Assembly: GCA_965656375.1 (NCBI GenBank)
Contig: CBFHKH010000001.1
Span: 281,319 to 345,318 of the forward strand
Direction: 5' to 3'
Length of the DNA: 64,000 nucleotides
Origin: Minisyncoccia bacterium
Lineage (GTDB): Bacteria > Patescibacteriota > Minisyncoccia > Phycocordibacterales > UBA9973
Below are positions 48,332 through 59,244 of this stretch, piece by piece. The translations under genes and the position numbers were made by a program. The first letter of the stretch is position 1; every line of letters starts with the position of its first letter. The notes under the pieces were generated by a model. That model searched no databases, was not told where the DNA came from, and saw nothing but the letters and a program-made list of their open reading frames with translations.

Positions 48332-50159
48332 ATTTACGAGCTTCGAGTGCTACCCAGTAATCATAATTTCCAGTCCAGGTATCTTTTTGATAGTAACGTT
48401 CTTCGAGAATAACAGGAGACTGTATATCATCAACTGTCTCAACTCCTGCTTCATTGGCAATTCTGATAAGCGCGTTTTTTATAGCAATGTTTCTTGCCGC
48501 AGAGTATCCAGTACTCACACCAGAACCAATTGCTCTATAATAATTTGCATCAGATGTATATGTTGATTTGAGTGGATCTTTCTTACCACTTTCATTGCTA
48601 ACTTCTGGTATTCCCCCACTTACACTCCCTATTGGCTTGAGTGTACAATCTGCTGTTCTACCCCCTTTTATAGGCGCTCGTGCATCCATCCAAACATAAT
48701 AATTCTTCGTTTCTTTATCATATGCAGTAAGCATTCCATACTGTGCAGGTAAGTTCTGAGCAGTTTTTTCTTCAAGTAGATTATTGTCAGAAAGGAACGC
48801 TTTTCGCATTTTTGTTTTTATTTCCGTGAGAGCTCCAAACTCAGTAGTGCTTTTACCATAATCTTCCTTCCTCCAGCAAAGTGCGTTTGGTTCGTATTTT
48901 TGAAGAAACGGACTTTTTGTAAAATCTTTTATAGTGTTTTTAAGTACAGTCTGGCTGAGGTTAATCTCATCACTTGTAGCAGCAATCTTTGAGAACAAGG
49001 TAGATTCTGGCATCTCTCGCGCTTCTTTGCCTTTTACAACTGTAAGCTTAGATGCTGAACAATCCGATACCGTACCTGTACTTTTTGGTGCTCTCGCATC
49101 AAGCCACACATAGTATTTACTCGTTTTATTATTATATAAAATTATAGTCGTATAGAGTATCGGGTAATTTGCTTTGATCACCCCTGTTGTATCAGCGATC
49201 TTTGCATATTCTGCCTTCGCGCGTGTTCGTGCTTTTTCAAGAGCATCATATTCTGTTTCTGCCTCGCCCGGAACAGGCATCACCCAGCAGAGATTACTTG
49301 GTTCGTACGTTGCAAAGGGGCTCGTTGTATAGAACGTAAGCGGCAAATCTGGAGTCTCTCCGCTACTACTAATATTCTGCGATGAAAACACTGCTGCTTG
49401 GGGAATGACTGGAGCCTCTTTTAAAACCTTAAGAGTATTACAATTTTTCTCCATAGTCCCTTGTCCAATCGGAGCTCTGACATCAAGCCACGCATAATAC
49501 GTCCTTGTAGTCACGTCATACAACACCTTCGATCCAAACACTACAGGATAAGCTTTTTTACTCACATCTTTGTCGGAGATGTTATTAATTCGAAGGTATT
49601 CAGATCGAGCGAACTTCTTTACTTGATCAAGTGCATCATATTCTGTATTTGATTTCATTGGATATGCTTCTCTCCAACAAAGCGCATCTTTTTGATATGT
49701 TGGGAATGGGCTTGTAGTGAATGTTGCTTGTGGGAGCTTGGGAGTACCTGTAATAGTGCTAATGTCTTTGACGTCTGTCGTATCTCCAAAGCCAAGACCA
49801 GTGCCAGTATTATCTGCAATATCTCTATCCTTAACATCCACACCAGTAACTACAAAGTCGCCGTTATTATTAACTTTTATCTTATTCTCTCCGATAGTAG
49901 AGAGAATGATTTTCATAATACCGAATACAGCGGTCATAATAAAAAGACCAAAGACTCCCCATATCATAATTGACTTACTTTTCTTATGGACTTCTTCATT
50001 ACCCGGCGAAAGCAGGTAACGGGTAAGTCCATAAAGAAAATACGCCATAGCACACGCAAACATGAAAATAATGATAGGGTTAATAATAACCCTATCAATA
50101 CTTTTCATAAGAGTTGTAAGACTCGCTTCTGCAACTGGAATGATTTGAAAATCAACCAT
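48330..50159 (-). CDS. VirB2/TrbC-like pilin domain fused to 3-4 repeats of an unrecognised domain
   Basis: N-terminal two-TM hairpin (FLYG...MIWGVFGLFIM); repeats TSPF..LCW..TEYDAL..YYxWLDxRAP..C. Confidence 0.75.
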   Translation of the reverse strand: MVDFQIIPVAEASLTTLMKSIDRVIINPIIIFMFACAMAYFLYGLTRYLLSPGNEEVHKKSKSIMIWGVFGLFIMTAVFGIMKIILSTIGENKIKVNNNGDFVVTGVDVKDRDIADNTGTGLGFGDTTDVKDISTITGTPKLPQATFTTSPFPTYQKDALCWREAYPMKSNTEYDALDQVKKFARSEYLRINNISDKDVSKKAYPVVFGSKVLYDVTTRTYYAWLDVRAPIGQGTMEKNCNTLKVLKEAPVIPQAAVFSSQNISSSGETPDLPLTFYTTSPFATYEPSNLCWVMPVPGEAETEYDALEKARTRAKAEYAKIADTTGVIKANYPILYTTIILYNNKTSKYYVWLDARAPKSTGTVSDCSASKLTVVKGKEAREMPESTLFSKIAATSDEINLSQTVLKNTIKDFTKSPFLQKYEPNALCWRKEDYGKSTTEFGALTEIKTKMRKAFLSDNNLLEEKTAQNLPAQYGMLTAYDKETKNYYVWMDARAPIKGGRTADCTLKPIGSVSGGIPEVSNESGKKDPLKSTYTSDANYYRAIGSGVSTGYSAARNIAIKNALIRIANEAGVETVDDIQSPVILEERYYQKDTWTGNYDYWVALEARK

Positions 50160-50169
50160 GGATGTTTGA

Positions 50170-50526
50170 TTAGCAGATGACGCCTGGACCAGGGATACAA
50201 GGGATTGCATCACTGTGTAGCTGTTCAGAACCTACGCCAAATGTGTTTGTAACAAGGCGGATGATTCCCCAGAATGCAACGATAACAAAGAGACCGATAA
50301 GACCCTGGATGATTTTCGCACGTGACTTTTTCTTTGCTTCTTCGTCTGATGAAAGAGTATACTGGATGACTCCCCAGATAAAGTACACAACAGCAAGCGT
50401 AATGAGCACAGGAATAAGAGTAGCCAAGATCTTGTTTATCACTGTGATGACAGAGAACGCATCAGCAGCAAAAGCCAGGAATGGCACGGAACCAAGAACA
50501 ACACCGAATGAAATGATTTTCTTCAT
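50170..50526 (-). CDS. VirB2/TrbC-like (T4SS-type) pilin
   Basis: signal LAFA, FIWGVIQY...KKKSRAKIIQGLIGLFVIVAFWGI. Confidence 0.75.
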   Translation of the reverse strand: MKKIISFGVVLGSVPFLAFAADAFSVITVINKILATLIPVLITLAVVYFIWGVIQYTLSSDEEAKKKSRAKIIQGLIGLFVIVAFWGIIRLVTNTFGVGSEQLHSDAIPCIPGPGVIC

Positions 50527-50648
50527 ATATTAAACGTAATAATAAACTTAATAATAACTGTATCTATTCCCGCCGACCGCAGGCAATGAGATGGGACCTC
50601 TATAGTACATATCTAGTATATCATACCTGATAGCAAGATTTGCAAGGG

Positions 50649-51029
50649 TTATTGGGAAAGCTGTGGAATAAGAGTTTTGATCCCGAACGTATTTGAAAGA
50701 ACTCCAACAAGTCCCCACATGCTCACCATGACAAAAAGCGTAATGAGTCCCCAGATCATATATGTCTTCCCTTTCTTGCGCTTTTCTTCATTGTCAGGAT
50801 TCAAGAAAAATTGAATGATGCCCCAGATGAATCCTGCTGTCGCAAGTGTAAAGAGGAATGGTATGATGAACTGGATGATGGTGCAGCTTCCCCATTTGAA
50901 GATATGCCCGAGGCTTGTAAACGGTGGTGATACCTGGCTACAATTTGCAGTAGTTCTATCAGCTGCCGCAGTTACAAGCGGAACTGATGCATACGCTAAA
51001 ACTCCGAGTGTTCTAAATGTATTTTTCAT
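50649..51029 (-). CDS. VirB2/TrbC-like pilin
   Basis: FIWGIIQF...EEKRKKGKTYMIWGLITLFVMVSMWGLV. Confidence 0.75.
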   Translation of the reverse strand: MKNTFRTLGVLAYASVPLVTAAADRTTANCSQVSPPFTSLGHIFKWGSCTIIQFIIPFLFTLATAGFIWGIIQFFLNPDNEEKRKKGKTYMIWGLITLFVMVSMWGLVGVLSNTFGIKTLIPQLSQ

Positions 51030-51543
51030 CTTTAATGCGTTTGGTTGTGCTTCTAATTTCATCGACCGTTCCCTTAATAGCGTTTGCTATGACATACGAG
51101 CCAAGCAGGAGCGCAGCACCAACAAGTGTGTAGAGAAGTGCTTTCTTTGCTTTGGTAAGCTTCTCACTATTACCTGCTGCTGTCACAAAAAGGAATCCAG
51201 AATATATGATGGCAAGAGCTACGATAGGTATGCCTACAGTTAATACAAAATTAAGAATAGTCTCTATAAAAGAAGGAATATCTTCTACGCCTGCGATCGG
51301 ATTCTTAATACCAGTTTCAATTTTGATTCCATCCCCATTCTTTTTAGTTTGGGTATTATCAATATTTGCTGAATTTTGTTGTGTGTTATCGATATCAGCA
51401 GTAGGACATTTAGGTTCTCCTGGTTTACCACAAGCATTTACCATTGTTCCAGGCATGAAAAACACAAGAGCGATAACGAAGATGAGACTATACTGTACCA
51501 ATAAACTTCCTATTGTGTGTTTAGTTTGATTTATTTTTTTCAT
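51013..51543 (-). CDS. VirB2/TrbC-like pilin
   Basis: IKNPI, IIYSGFLFVTAAGNSEKLTKAKKALLYTLVG. Confidence 0.8.
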   Translation of the reverse strand: MKKINQTKHTIGSLLVQYSLIFVIALVFFMPGTMVNACGKPGEPKCPTADIDNTQQNSANIDNTQTKKNGDGIKIETGIKNPIAGVEDIPSFIETILNFVLTVGIPIVALAIIYSGFLFVTAAGNSEKLTKAKKALLYTLVGAALLLGSYVIANAIKGTVDEIRSTTKRIKDEKYI

Positions 51544-51560
51544 AATTTACAAATTAATAA

Positions 51561-51968
51561 TTAACGTATTAAAAAAGTTTCCCCTTTGAAACCAAGCGTT
51601 ACAAAGATTGTCTTGATAATAAGCCATGCTGCAAGAGCAATTATATACCCTATAATAACATTCTTTATAATTTTCTTTGCTTTTGTAACTTTTTCGGAAC
51701 TACCGCCTGAGAATAACAATTGCGCTCCAGCAATACAAAGCGCAAGTGCTGCAAGTGGTGCAGCAATCTTAAAGAGAAGAAAATCAATAACATTATTAAT
51801 GAGCTCGATAAAGGAATTAAAATTACATTGCTCTGTAATCGTTCGTCTTCCATCTGACTCAGTTATAATCTTCCCACAATCAGGAACCAACCCTGCTGCA
51901 TGTACAATAAGATATGGAGCAAAGATAATCACGAATGCAATGATGAATCCAAATAGTTTTCTTTTCAT
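51561..51968 (-). CDS. VirB2/TrbC-like pilin
   Basis: GLVPDC...C, AGAQLLFSGGSSEKVTKAKKIIKNVIIG. Confidence 0.8.
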   Translation of the reverse strand: MKRKLFGFIIAFVIIFAPYLIVHAAGLVPDCGKIITESDGRRTITEQCNFNSFIELINNVIDFLLFKIAAPLAALALCIAGAQLLFSGGSSEKVTKAKKIIKNVIIGYIIALAAWLIIKTIFVTLGFKGETFLIR

Positions 51969-51972
51969 AAAA

Positions 51973-53277
51973 TTATTTCTTAGTTATAAATTCTAACTGT
52001 GCTTGTGCCTTGTTGATCGCATCATCAGTCGAAAGCTTGCTTGAGAGGACATTCTGAATCAATTCAGAGAAGATCTGGTCGCTTCCTTTCGTATCAGGAT
52101 CAAGCCACGTGCGTGATATAACTGCAGAGTTAAAGAAAGTAAATAGATACGGATCTACCGGTCTCTCTGCAAGAAGTGTGCGCGATGCAGGCGGAAGTGA
52201 TACAGCACTCGCAAAATTCTTTGCAGTGTCTCCAGTTGTGAGCAACCCAGCAACACTAAATGCAGTGGTTAGATTTGTAGATTTCTTGTTTACCGCAAGC
52301 GCATAAATAGTACCGTACGTACGCTTAGTATTGGTTCCGCGAGTTTGGAGCATTTGTGTAACATCAAAGCTTAAGTTTGGATTAACAGATTGAATTTTGA
52401 AAAGCTCGCTTGCTCGGCCAAGATAAAATACAAGCTTTCCTCCTGTAAATAGATCAATTGAGTTTGGCAATGCTCTATTCCATGAATACGCCGGTGCGGT
52501 CGGACTTGAAAACTCTGTGAAAAAGTTAATGACTGATTCTATTGGCGATACTGGAAGAGCAGAAGTATTCTCATTAAGAGCAGGAATATATCCTGTCGCT
52601 GTCGTCTTTATAATAGGGTTACCATTTTGCAAAAGGAGCGTTGCGAGAATATCTTTCGCATGGGTAATATTATCAAATCTGCCGAGTCCAATTATACTCT
52701 GGAGGATCGTTCCATCATCTTTTTTTATAGTTAGATCAGGCACGAGTGGAAAAAGTTCATCCCAATATTCAGGTAGCTTTGCGATACCCGCATTTGAGAT
52801 GAGATCTTTGTTGTAGTAGAGCACCATTGGATCAGTTACCATCGGAAAGCCGATGATTCCATCACTTGCAAGGTATACATTTGCACCATCGATAAATGCA
52901 TCCTGGAATGATTTTTGCGGATAGTTTGTATATGGAATTTTATAAATAAAGTCGCGATCTTTCTGAACCATATCCGGAGAGAGGAAAAAGAGATCAGGCC
53001 CAGTACCCGCAGCAAATGCTTCAATAAGAGATTGCTGGTATGTTGACTCATTCTTCACCACATAGCTAATAGTCAGATCTCTATTAGCATCTCGCGTCTC
53101 GTCAAATACTTTATAAATGTCAGGGCTATTAAATGTTCCCCAAATCACGATCTTACCAGTAGGTTCAGTCGTATTTTTTGTTGCACCTCCTATCTTCAAA
53201 AGTCCCGAGAATATCAAAACGGCAAATACGAAAAATGCCATGAAGATTGCAACTAAGATTGTTTGGAAGTTATTCAT
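51973..53277 (-). CDS. Extracellular solute-binding protein (sugar-binding family)
   Basis: IVIWG, AAGTGPDLF, LYYNKDL. Confidence 0.85.
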   Translation of the reverse strand: MNNFQTILVAIFMAFFVFAVLIFSGLLKIGGATKNTTEPTGKIVIWGTFNSPDIYKVFDETRDANRDLTISYVVKNESTYQQSLIEAFAAGTGPDLFFLSPDMVQKDRDFIYKIPYTNYPQKSFQDAFIDGANVYLASDGIIGFPMVTDPMVLYYNKDLISNAGIAKLPEYWDELFPLVPDLTIKKDDGTILQSIIGLGRFDNITHAKDILATLLLQNGNPIIKTTATGYIPALNENTSALPVSPIESVINFFTEFSSPTAPAYSWNRALPNSIDLFTGGKLVFYLGRASELFKIQSVNPNLSFDVTQMLQTRGTNTKRTYGTIYALAVNKKSTNLTTAFSVAGLLTTGDTAKNFASAVSLPPASRTLLAERPVDPYLFTFFNSAVISRTWLDPDTKGSDQIFSELIQNVLSSKLSTDDAINKAQAQLEFITKK

Positions 53278-53798
53278 CTCTTGAAAAGTATACCATAATG
53301 ATGGTCTGGAACAGATATCGTTTTAGCTTTTTTGAATCCTCGTTTTTCAAAAAGTTCTAACGCTCTCTTTTCTGTCACTACAAAATGAGGGGCTGGTCCC
53401 ATCCCTCCGAATGAATCAGCCCAGTCTATGCAAAGAATTTCTCCATCAGTTTTTAGAATGCGCTTGGCTTCATCAATGAGACCAAGCTTGTCATCTACTT
53501 GAAATAAAACATTCGACATAATCACTCTATCAACACTAGCATCTTTAATTTTTGTGCCGTGTACTTTTTCGATATCACCCCAAATACAATCTACATTTAG
53601 GATGCCGAGGTTGTGTATCTCCGATTCAAGTTTTTTAACCAAATCTTTTTGGACTTCTACTGCATACACGTGACCAGTTCTACCGACTTTCTTGCTTACA
53701 GCTTTTACATACGCACCAGTCCCAGATCCAAGATCAGCAACACACATACCTTCTTCTATAGAAAGATGTGCAACATTTTGTTCTGGGTTTGAAAACAT
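53274..53798 (-). CDS. Class I SAM-dependent methyltransferase
   Basis: VADLGSGTG, VYAVEVQ, RILKTDG. Confidence 0.9.
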   Translation of the reverse strand: MFSNPEQNVAHLSIEEGMCVADLGSGTGAYVKAVSKKVGRTGHVYAVEVQKDLVKKLESEIHNLGILNVDCIWGDIEKVHGTKIKDASVDRVIMSNVLFQVDDKLGLIDEAKRILKTDGEILCIDWADSFGGMGPAPHFVVTEKRALELFEKRGFKKAKTISVPDHHYGILFKR

Positions 53799-53819
53799 GA
53801 TTTTATTATATCATTTTTA

Positions 53820-56264
53820 TTATAAACAGGTGATAGAAGCAATGCTATCTCCGGCTCGCATCTTCATAACAGTTACGCCTTGGGTCTGACGACCGGATGT
53901 AGGAATTGATTTGAGATCAACTCGAATGACCTGACCTTTCTGTGACACTGCAATAATTTCATTTTCATCTGCAACAATCTTGGCCACAATAAGTTTTCCA
54001 GTTTTTGGAGTAACTTTAGCAGTCTTTATACCTGACCCACCTCGCTTTTGAACTTTGTATTCCTTAATATTTGTCTTTTTACCGAGACCATTTGAAGAGA
54101 GTGTAAGGAGTGCGAGCGCAGTTTCCCCTTTTGGTACACGATCAACACCAATAACGACATCGCCCTTACCGAGCTTCATCGCACGTACGCCCGATGCTTG
54201 TCTTCCCATCTCACGAACATCAGATTCCTTAAAGCGAATTGATTGGCCATTTGTTGTAGCAAGCATAACATCATCATTCTTGACGACAGCGAGTACTTCT
54301 TGCAATTCATCCCCTTTCTCGAGTTTGATGGCAAGTAATCCACTTCGACGAACATCCTTGAAGCTCTCCGCAGAGACTTTCTTCACTACACCCATAGTTG
54401 TAACCAGCATCAGGTGCTCTACAGTCTTCTTTACCTCTTTGTCTATTGGCAATATTGATGTAACTCGTTCGTCACCTTCGAGAGAAAGGAAATTCATGAT
54501 TGATTTTCCTTTAGTTGCACGCTTGCCTTCTGGAATATCATACATCTTTATCTGATAGGCTTTACCGCGATTCGTAAAGAAGAGGAGGTCGCTATGCGTA
54601 TTTGCAGATACAAGCATCGTTACAAAGTCTTCTTCTTTTGGCTCTATATCTATCACGCCAACACCGCCTCTTTTCTGGGTTCGATATTCGCCTGGGTCTG
54701 TGCGCTTTACATACCCACCCTTCGTAAAGACGAGCACTGATTCTTTCTCAGGGATAAGATCTTCTTCGTTGATCGCTTTGACTCCTCCTTTGATGACGCG
54801 TGTTCTTCGTTCATCAGCATGTTTATCTTTGATCTCAGCAAGTTCATTACTGATCACGCCAAGCATTTTCTTTGGACTCGCGAGCAAGATCTCGAGCTCT
54901 TTGATAAGTGCTTGTTTTTCTTTTAATTCTAACTCAACGTTCTTTCGCTCAAGACCTGCGAGCTTCTGAAGCCTCATATCAAGAATCGCTTGAGCTTGAA
55001 GATCAGAGAATTTAAACTCTTTCATCAAGTTATGTTTTGCAGTCGCTGTATCTTTTGATGCACGTATAACAGAGATCACTTTATCTATATGATCAAGTGC
55101 TTTTTTAAGACCAAGTAAGATATGCTCACGTTCGCGGGCTTTGCGAAGGTCGTACTCCGTACGACGACGAACAATCACTACACGGTGATTAATAAATTCT
55201 GTAAGAAGACTCTTAAGTGAGAGAGTCTGTGGGACACCATCGACAAGGGCAACGATGTTGAAATTGAAAGACTGTTCGAGCTGGGTATGCTTGTAAATAT
55301 AATTCAGAACTTTCTGCGGGAATACTCCTGCCTTCAGATCGATAGCAATACGTATATCTTTTGCAGATTCATCGCGAAGCCCTTTGATGCCTTCGAGTTT
55401 TTTATCTTGGATGAGTGTAGCAATAGATTCAATGAGTGAAGATTTGTTTACACGGTACGGAATAGAAGTAATGATGATTTGGAATGTACCACTCTTAGCT
55501 TCAATGATCTCTGCCTCGCCTCGTGTGACCACTCCACCGCGTCCTGTTGAATACGCATGAATCATATCTGTTTGCCCATATACAATACCGCCAATCGGAA
55601 AATCTGGACCTTTGATGAATTCCATAAGGTCTTCTGTTGTTGCATCGGGATTATCAATAAGATGAACTGTGGCATCAATGACTTCTCCCAAGTTGTGCGG
55701 AGGAATGTTTGTTGCCATACCGACAGCAATACCAAGCGTGCCGTTTAGGAGGAGGGATGGAACTGCGGTCGGGAGAATGCTTGGCTCCTTGCGAGTCTGA
55801 TCATAGTTAGGGCGAAAATCGACAGTTTCTTTTTCGAGATCAAGAAGAAGCTGCGCAGAAATTCGAGACATCTTAGCCTCTGTATAACGCATCGCCGCAG
55901 GATTATCCCCATCGATTGAACCGAAGTTACCTTGCCCTGATATCAGAGGGTATCGGTATGAAAATTCTTGCGCCATGCCGGTCATCGAATCATACACTGC
56001 TTGATCTCCATGAGGATGATATTTACCAAGAACCTCACCGACTACCGTCGCACTCTTACGGAATCGACTTTGATAGGTAAGCCCCATCTCATGCATTGCA
56101 TACAGAATCCTGCGGTGCACTGGTTTGAGTCCATCGCGAACGTCAGGTAGTGCACGATCAGTAATAACCGACATCGCATAATCGATGAAGGATTCTTTCA
56201 TTTCAGAACCAATATTCACTGAAACGACATTTACATGCTCTGGTTTAATCTCTTCTTTTGCCAT
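53820..56264 (-). CDS. gyrA: DNA gyrase subunit A
   Basis: [22 protein letters not shown], GyrA-box QKRGGVG. Confidence 0.98.
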   Translation of the reverse strand: MAKEEIKPEHVNVVSVNIGSEMKESFIDYAMSVITDRALPDVRDGLKPVHRRILYAMHEMGLTYQSRFRKSATVVGEVLGKYHPHGDQAVYDSMTGMAQEFSYRYPLISGQGNFGSIDGDNPAAMRYTEAKMSRISAQLLLDLEKETVDFRPNYDQTRKEPSILPTAVPSLLLNGTLGIAVGMATNIPPHNLGEVIDATVHLIDNPDATTEDLMEFIKGPDFPIGGIVYGQTDMIHAYSTGRGGVVTRGEAEIIEAKSGTFQIIITSIPYRVNKSSLIESIATLIQDKKLEGIKGLRDESAKDIRIAIDLKAGVFPQKVLNYIYKHTQLEQSFNFNIVALVDGVPQTLSLKSLLTEFINHRVVIVRRRTEYDLRKAREREHILLGLKKALDHIDKVISVIRASKDTATAKHNLMKEFKFSDLQAQAILDMRLQKLAGLERKNVELELKEKQALIKELEILLASPKKMLGVISNELAEIKDKHADERRTRVIKGGVKAINEEDLIPEKESVLVFTKGGYVKRTDPGEYRTQKRGGVGVIDIEPKEEDFVTMLVSANTHSDLLFFTNRGKAYQIKMYDIPEGKRATKGKSIMNFLSLEGDERVTSILPIDKEVKKTVEHLMLVTTMGVVKKVSAESFKDVRRSGLLAIKLEKGDELQEVLAVVKNDDVMLATTNGQSIRFKESDVREMGRQASGVRAMKLGKGDVVIGVDRVPKGETALALLTLSSNGLGKKTNIKEYKVQKRGGSGIKTAKVTPKTGKLIVAKIVADENEIIAVSQKGQVIRVDLKSIPTSGRQTQGVTVMKMRAGDSIASITCL

Positions 56265-56266
56265 AA

Positions 56267-56584
56267 TTATTGTGCAGGCTCATCTACTACAATTAAATCC
56301 ACCTGTTTTTCTGTAGTCTCTACCTTCGCCTTTGAGAAAGAAACACTACCAACACTCGCTGTAATATTCTTGAATGCGTCAGACACAGAACCAGCAAAGA
56401 GTGCAAATGGCTTTGGGCCTTGTTCTGTCTCTGCTACAACAATATTTCTCGCTTTAGTTCTATCTGTCATGCCATACACCCAGACTGATCCAACAATCGC
56501 CATACATACGGCAAGAGAGGCAACGAGAATCTGTTTACGTACTGGTTCTTCTTTTGATTGTAATTTTTTTATATATGTATGCAT
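56267..56584 (-). CDS. Hypothetical single-TM protein
   Basis: 105-aa ORF tightly coupled to gyrA. Confidence 0.7.
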   Translation of the reverse strand: MHTYIKKLQSKEEPVRKQILVASLAVCMAIVGSVWVYGMTDRTKARNIVVAETEQGPKPFALFAGSVSDAFKNITASVGSVSFSKAKVETTEKQVDLIVVDEPAQ

Positions 56585-56611
56585 ATGTATCCAAATGATT
56601 ATAGTTTTAAA

Positions 56612-57238
56612 TTACGACGATAACACGACTACTTCACCTTCACGACCGATCAAGTCTTTTGCTTTTATCGTAAGTTTCTCTGAAGCTACGATTTTATCCT
56701 GCCCTGCTTCTTTCAAGAATGCTTTGAGAGTCTTGTCGTCATAATCCATCGGGATGATGAGTTTCGGCTCAAATGACACTGCGAGCTTATATGCGTCAGA
56801 AGCGCTCAACAATTCATCATTCCCAACTGGAACGAATAGTATATCGGGAGATTCAATCTCACCTTTTACCGAAGCACTCAATTTTCCTTCAGTTACACAC
56901 CCGAGAAAACAGAGCGATATATTGTCAATCGAGAGCGTATATATAGTATTGATATATTTCTTGCCTCCCATTGTCGCTTCTGTCAGGATTCCTTTTATGA
57001 AAATATCTTTTATCTCGTAGTCTCCTGGTCCCTTTATCTCAAACGGTACAGTATCACCATGTGCGACCATATCGAATCCGTTATAGTCTGGATGATTTGT
57101 CGTAGAAAGAGCAATTGCAGAGCCAAAGCGAGATGCTTTAGCGTTTGATTTTGAATCCTTACTGATCGGGTTGAATGCAAGCACCAAGTCCCCTTGGCTT
57201 ATCTTGAAGAATTGCTTGCCGAGATATGTGATAATCAT
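56612..57238 (-). CDS. MBL-fold hydrolase-like protein
   Basis: MIITYLG, GPGDYEI, DILFVPVG, PKLIIPM; metal-binding His motif looks degenerate. Confidence 0.8.
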   Translation of the reverse strand: MIITYLGKQFFKISQGDLVLAFNPISKDSKSNAKASRFGSAIALSTTNHPDYNGFDMVAHGDTVPFEIKGPGDYEIKDIFIKGILTEATMGGKKYINTIYTLSIDNISLCFLGCVTEGKLSASVKGEIESPDILFVPVGNDELLSASDAYKLAVSFEPKLIIPMDYDDKTLKAFLKEAGQDKIVASEKLTIKAKDLIGREGEVVVLSS

Positions 57239-57295
57239 AGGTCTAGTATAGCAGATCAGAGCCTAGGAATAAAGGAAAAGGGGTGTTATTTGTGC

Positions 57296-57472
57296 TTGCA
57301 AAATATACCCCTTTATAGTATAGTGCATACATTATAAGCCCAGGTTGAGAGTAACCCTCTTTTGGATATCCCGATTGGGATGAGACTCGAGAGAACCTCG
57401 AACTGCGCCGCAATAGTGCGGTTTTTATTGTGCCCAAGGCACATCCGCCTTGGGCGGAAGTTAATATAAAAT
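57296..57472 (+). promoter_or_regulatory. rpsA promoter and structured 5' leader
   Basis: TTGCAA-17-TATAGT; nested stems; terminator-like hairpin at 57407-57426. Confidence 0.6.
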
Positions 57473-58606
57473 ATGAAAAAAGAAGTAGAAGAAAAAAATG
57501 TAATAGACAGTATTGCAGAACATGCAAAGATCGAACTCTCAAGTATCGGTAAAATGCTTGATAAAGCTGAAGTCCCTCCACAAGTCGATGCACTTGTTGA
57601 AGGTCCAGTTATTTCGATCGCAAAGTCATCTGTATATATCGACCTTGCACCGTTTGGTACAGGTATCATTTACGGACGTGAATTTATAAATGCAAAAGAT
57701 ATCATCAAGAAGGTTAACATCGGTGACGTCGTCAAAGCAAAAGTAGTCTCTACTGATAATGATGAAGGCTATATTGAGCTTTCTCTCAAGGAAGCAAAAC
57801 AGGCACTCATCTGGAGTGAAGCTGATAAAGCAATCAAGTCAAAGACTGCACTTGAACTTACAGTCAAAGAAGCAAACAAAGGTGGACTTATTCTCGAATG
57901 GCAAGGTATCGCTGGATTCCTTCCTGCAAGTCAGCTCAAGAGCGAACACTATCCTCGAGTAGAAGATAGTGATAAAGACAAGATATTGAAAGCACTCAAG
58001 ATGCTCGTCGGCAAGCGCATCAGTGTTGTTATGATCTCTGCACTTCCAAAGGAAGGCAAGCTCATCTTCTCTGAAAAAGACAACAATCCAGAAGAGCGCC
58101 AGGAGATCATCGGCAAGTACGCGATCGGCGATGAACTCGAATGTACTGTTGCTGGAATCGTAGACTTCGGAGTCTTCCTTAAAGTTGAAGAAGGTCTTGA
58201 AGGCCTTGTGCACATCTCAGAAATTGATTGGGGACTCGTAGAGGATCCACGCTCAATGTTCAAAGTTGGTGATGCGGTAAAGGCAAAGATCATCGAGATC
58301 AAAGATGGCAAGATTTCACTTTCTATCAAAGCGCTTAAGGAAAATCCATGGAATGAATTTGAATCTACACTCAAGAAAGGAGATATCATCTCTGGAGTTG
58401 TCATCAAGTTCAACAAGCATGGTGCCCTCGTTTCTATCAAGCAAGGTGTTGCAGGACTCGTCCACAACTCAAGCTTTGGATCTGAAGAGAAACTCAAGAA
58501 GAGCCTCGAACTCGGAAAGACATATAACTTCCAAGTTACTCTCTTTGAACCAAAAGATCAGCGTATGACACTCGTCTACCTCGAAGACGGAAAGAAGGCT
58601 GAATAA
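57473..58606 (+). CDS. rpsA: 30S ribosomal protein S1 (four S1 domains)
   Basis: ANKGGL, GFLPASQL, EGLVHISEI, ISLSIKAL. Confidence 0.93.
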   Translation: MKKEVEEKNVIDSIAEHAKIELSSIGKMLDKAEVPPQVDALVEGPVISIAKSSVYIDLAPFGTGIIYGREFINAKDIIKKVNIGDVVKAKVVSTDNDEGYIELSLKEAKQALIWSEADKAIKSKTALELTVKEANKGGLILEWQGIAGFLPASQLKSEHYPRVEDSDKDKILKALKMLVGKRISVVMISALPKEGKLIFSEKDNNPEERQEIIGKYAIGDELECTVAGIVDFGVFLKVEEGLEGLVHISEIDWGLVEDPRSMFKVGDAVKAKIIEIKDGKISLSIKALKENPWNEFESTLKKGDIISGVVIKFNKHGALVSIKQGVAGLVHNSSFGSEEKLKKSLELGKTYNFQVTLFEPKDQRMTLVYLEDGKKAE

Positions 58607-58641
58607 TATATCGATTAAAAAATCCCCTCTATGGGGATTTT

Positions 58642-59229
58642 TTAATTATATAAACTCATTGCTTTATCTTTTCCGCCATTTGCGAGCGTAGAAAGAATCT
58701 CGGTAACGAGTTTTGATTGCTTCTTCAAAGTTTTGAGTTCATCTTCTTTAAATGCACCGAGAAGAAACTTCAGAACTGCCTGTTCCCCACTCGGCTTCTT
58801 GAGCTTGCCTGTCGGAGTGTGCGGCGAGACACCGATACGAATACGAACGAATTCTTTTGATTTTACTTTTTTGATTATAGATTCAACACCATTGTGCCCA
58901 CCACTTGATCGGTTGAAGGATATCTTTAGACTTCCTACTGGAATATCGAGATCATCATAGACAACGACAAGGTTTTTCAATTTCTTTTTATCATCTATAA
59001 CTTGTGCGACTGCATTACCAGAATTATTCATAAATGTCTCTGGTAACATGAAATCAAACTTCTCTCCTTCTACTTCGCCTTTTGCGCGAAGAGATTTTGT
59101 TTTCATATCATTCTTCCAATCTGAAAATTCTTCTGCGTTCGCAATGTGTTCCAAAATAATTCGCCCGGCATTGTGCCGAGTCTTTGCATATTCTTCTCCC
59201 GGATTTCCAAGTCCAACAATTAACATCAT
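58642..59229 (-). CDS. pth: Peptidyl-tRNA hydrolase
   Basis: VGLGNPG, TRHNAG, FMNNSG, DDLD, GGHNG. Confidence 0.98.
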   Translation of the reverse strand: MMLIVGLGNPGEEYAKTRHNAGRIILEHIANAEEFSDWKNDMKTKSLRAKGEVEGEKFDFMLPETFMNNSGNAVAQVIDDKKKLKNLVVVYDDLDIPVGSLKISFNRSSGGHNGVESIIKKVKSKEFVRIRIGVSPHTPTGKLKKPSGEQAVLKFLLGAFKEDELKTLKKQSKLVTEILSTLANGGKDKAMSLYN

Positions 59230-59244
59230 ATGACATATAGTAAC

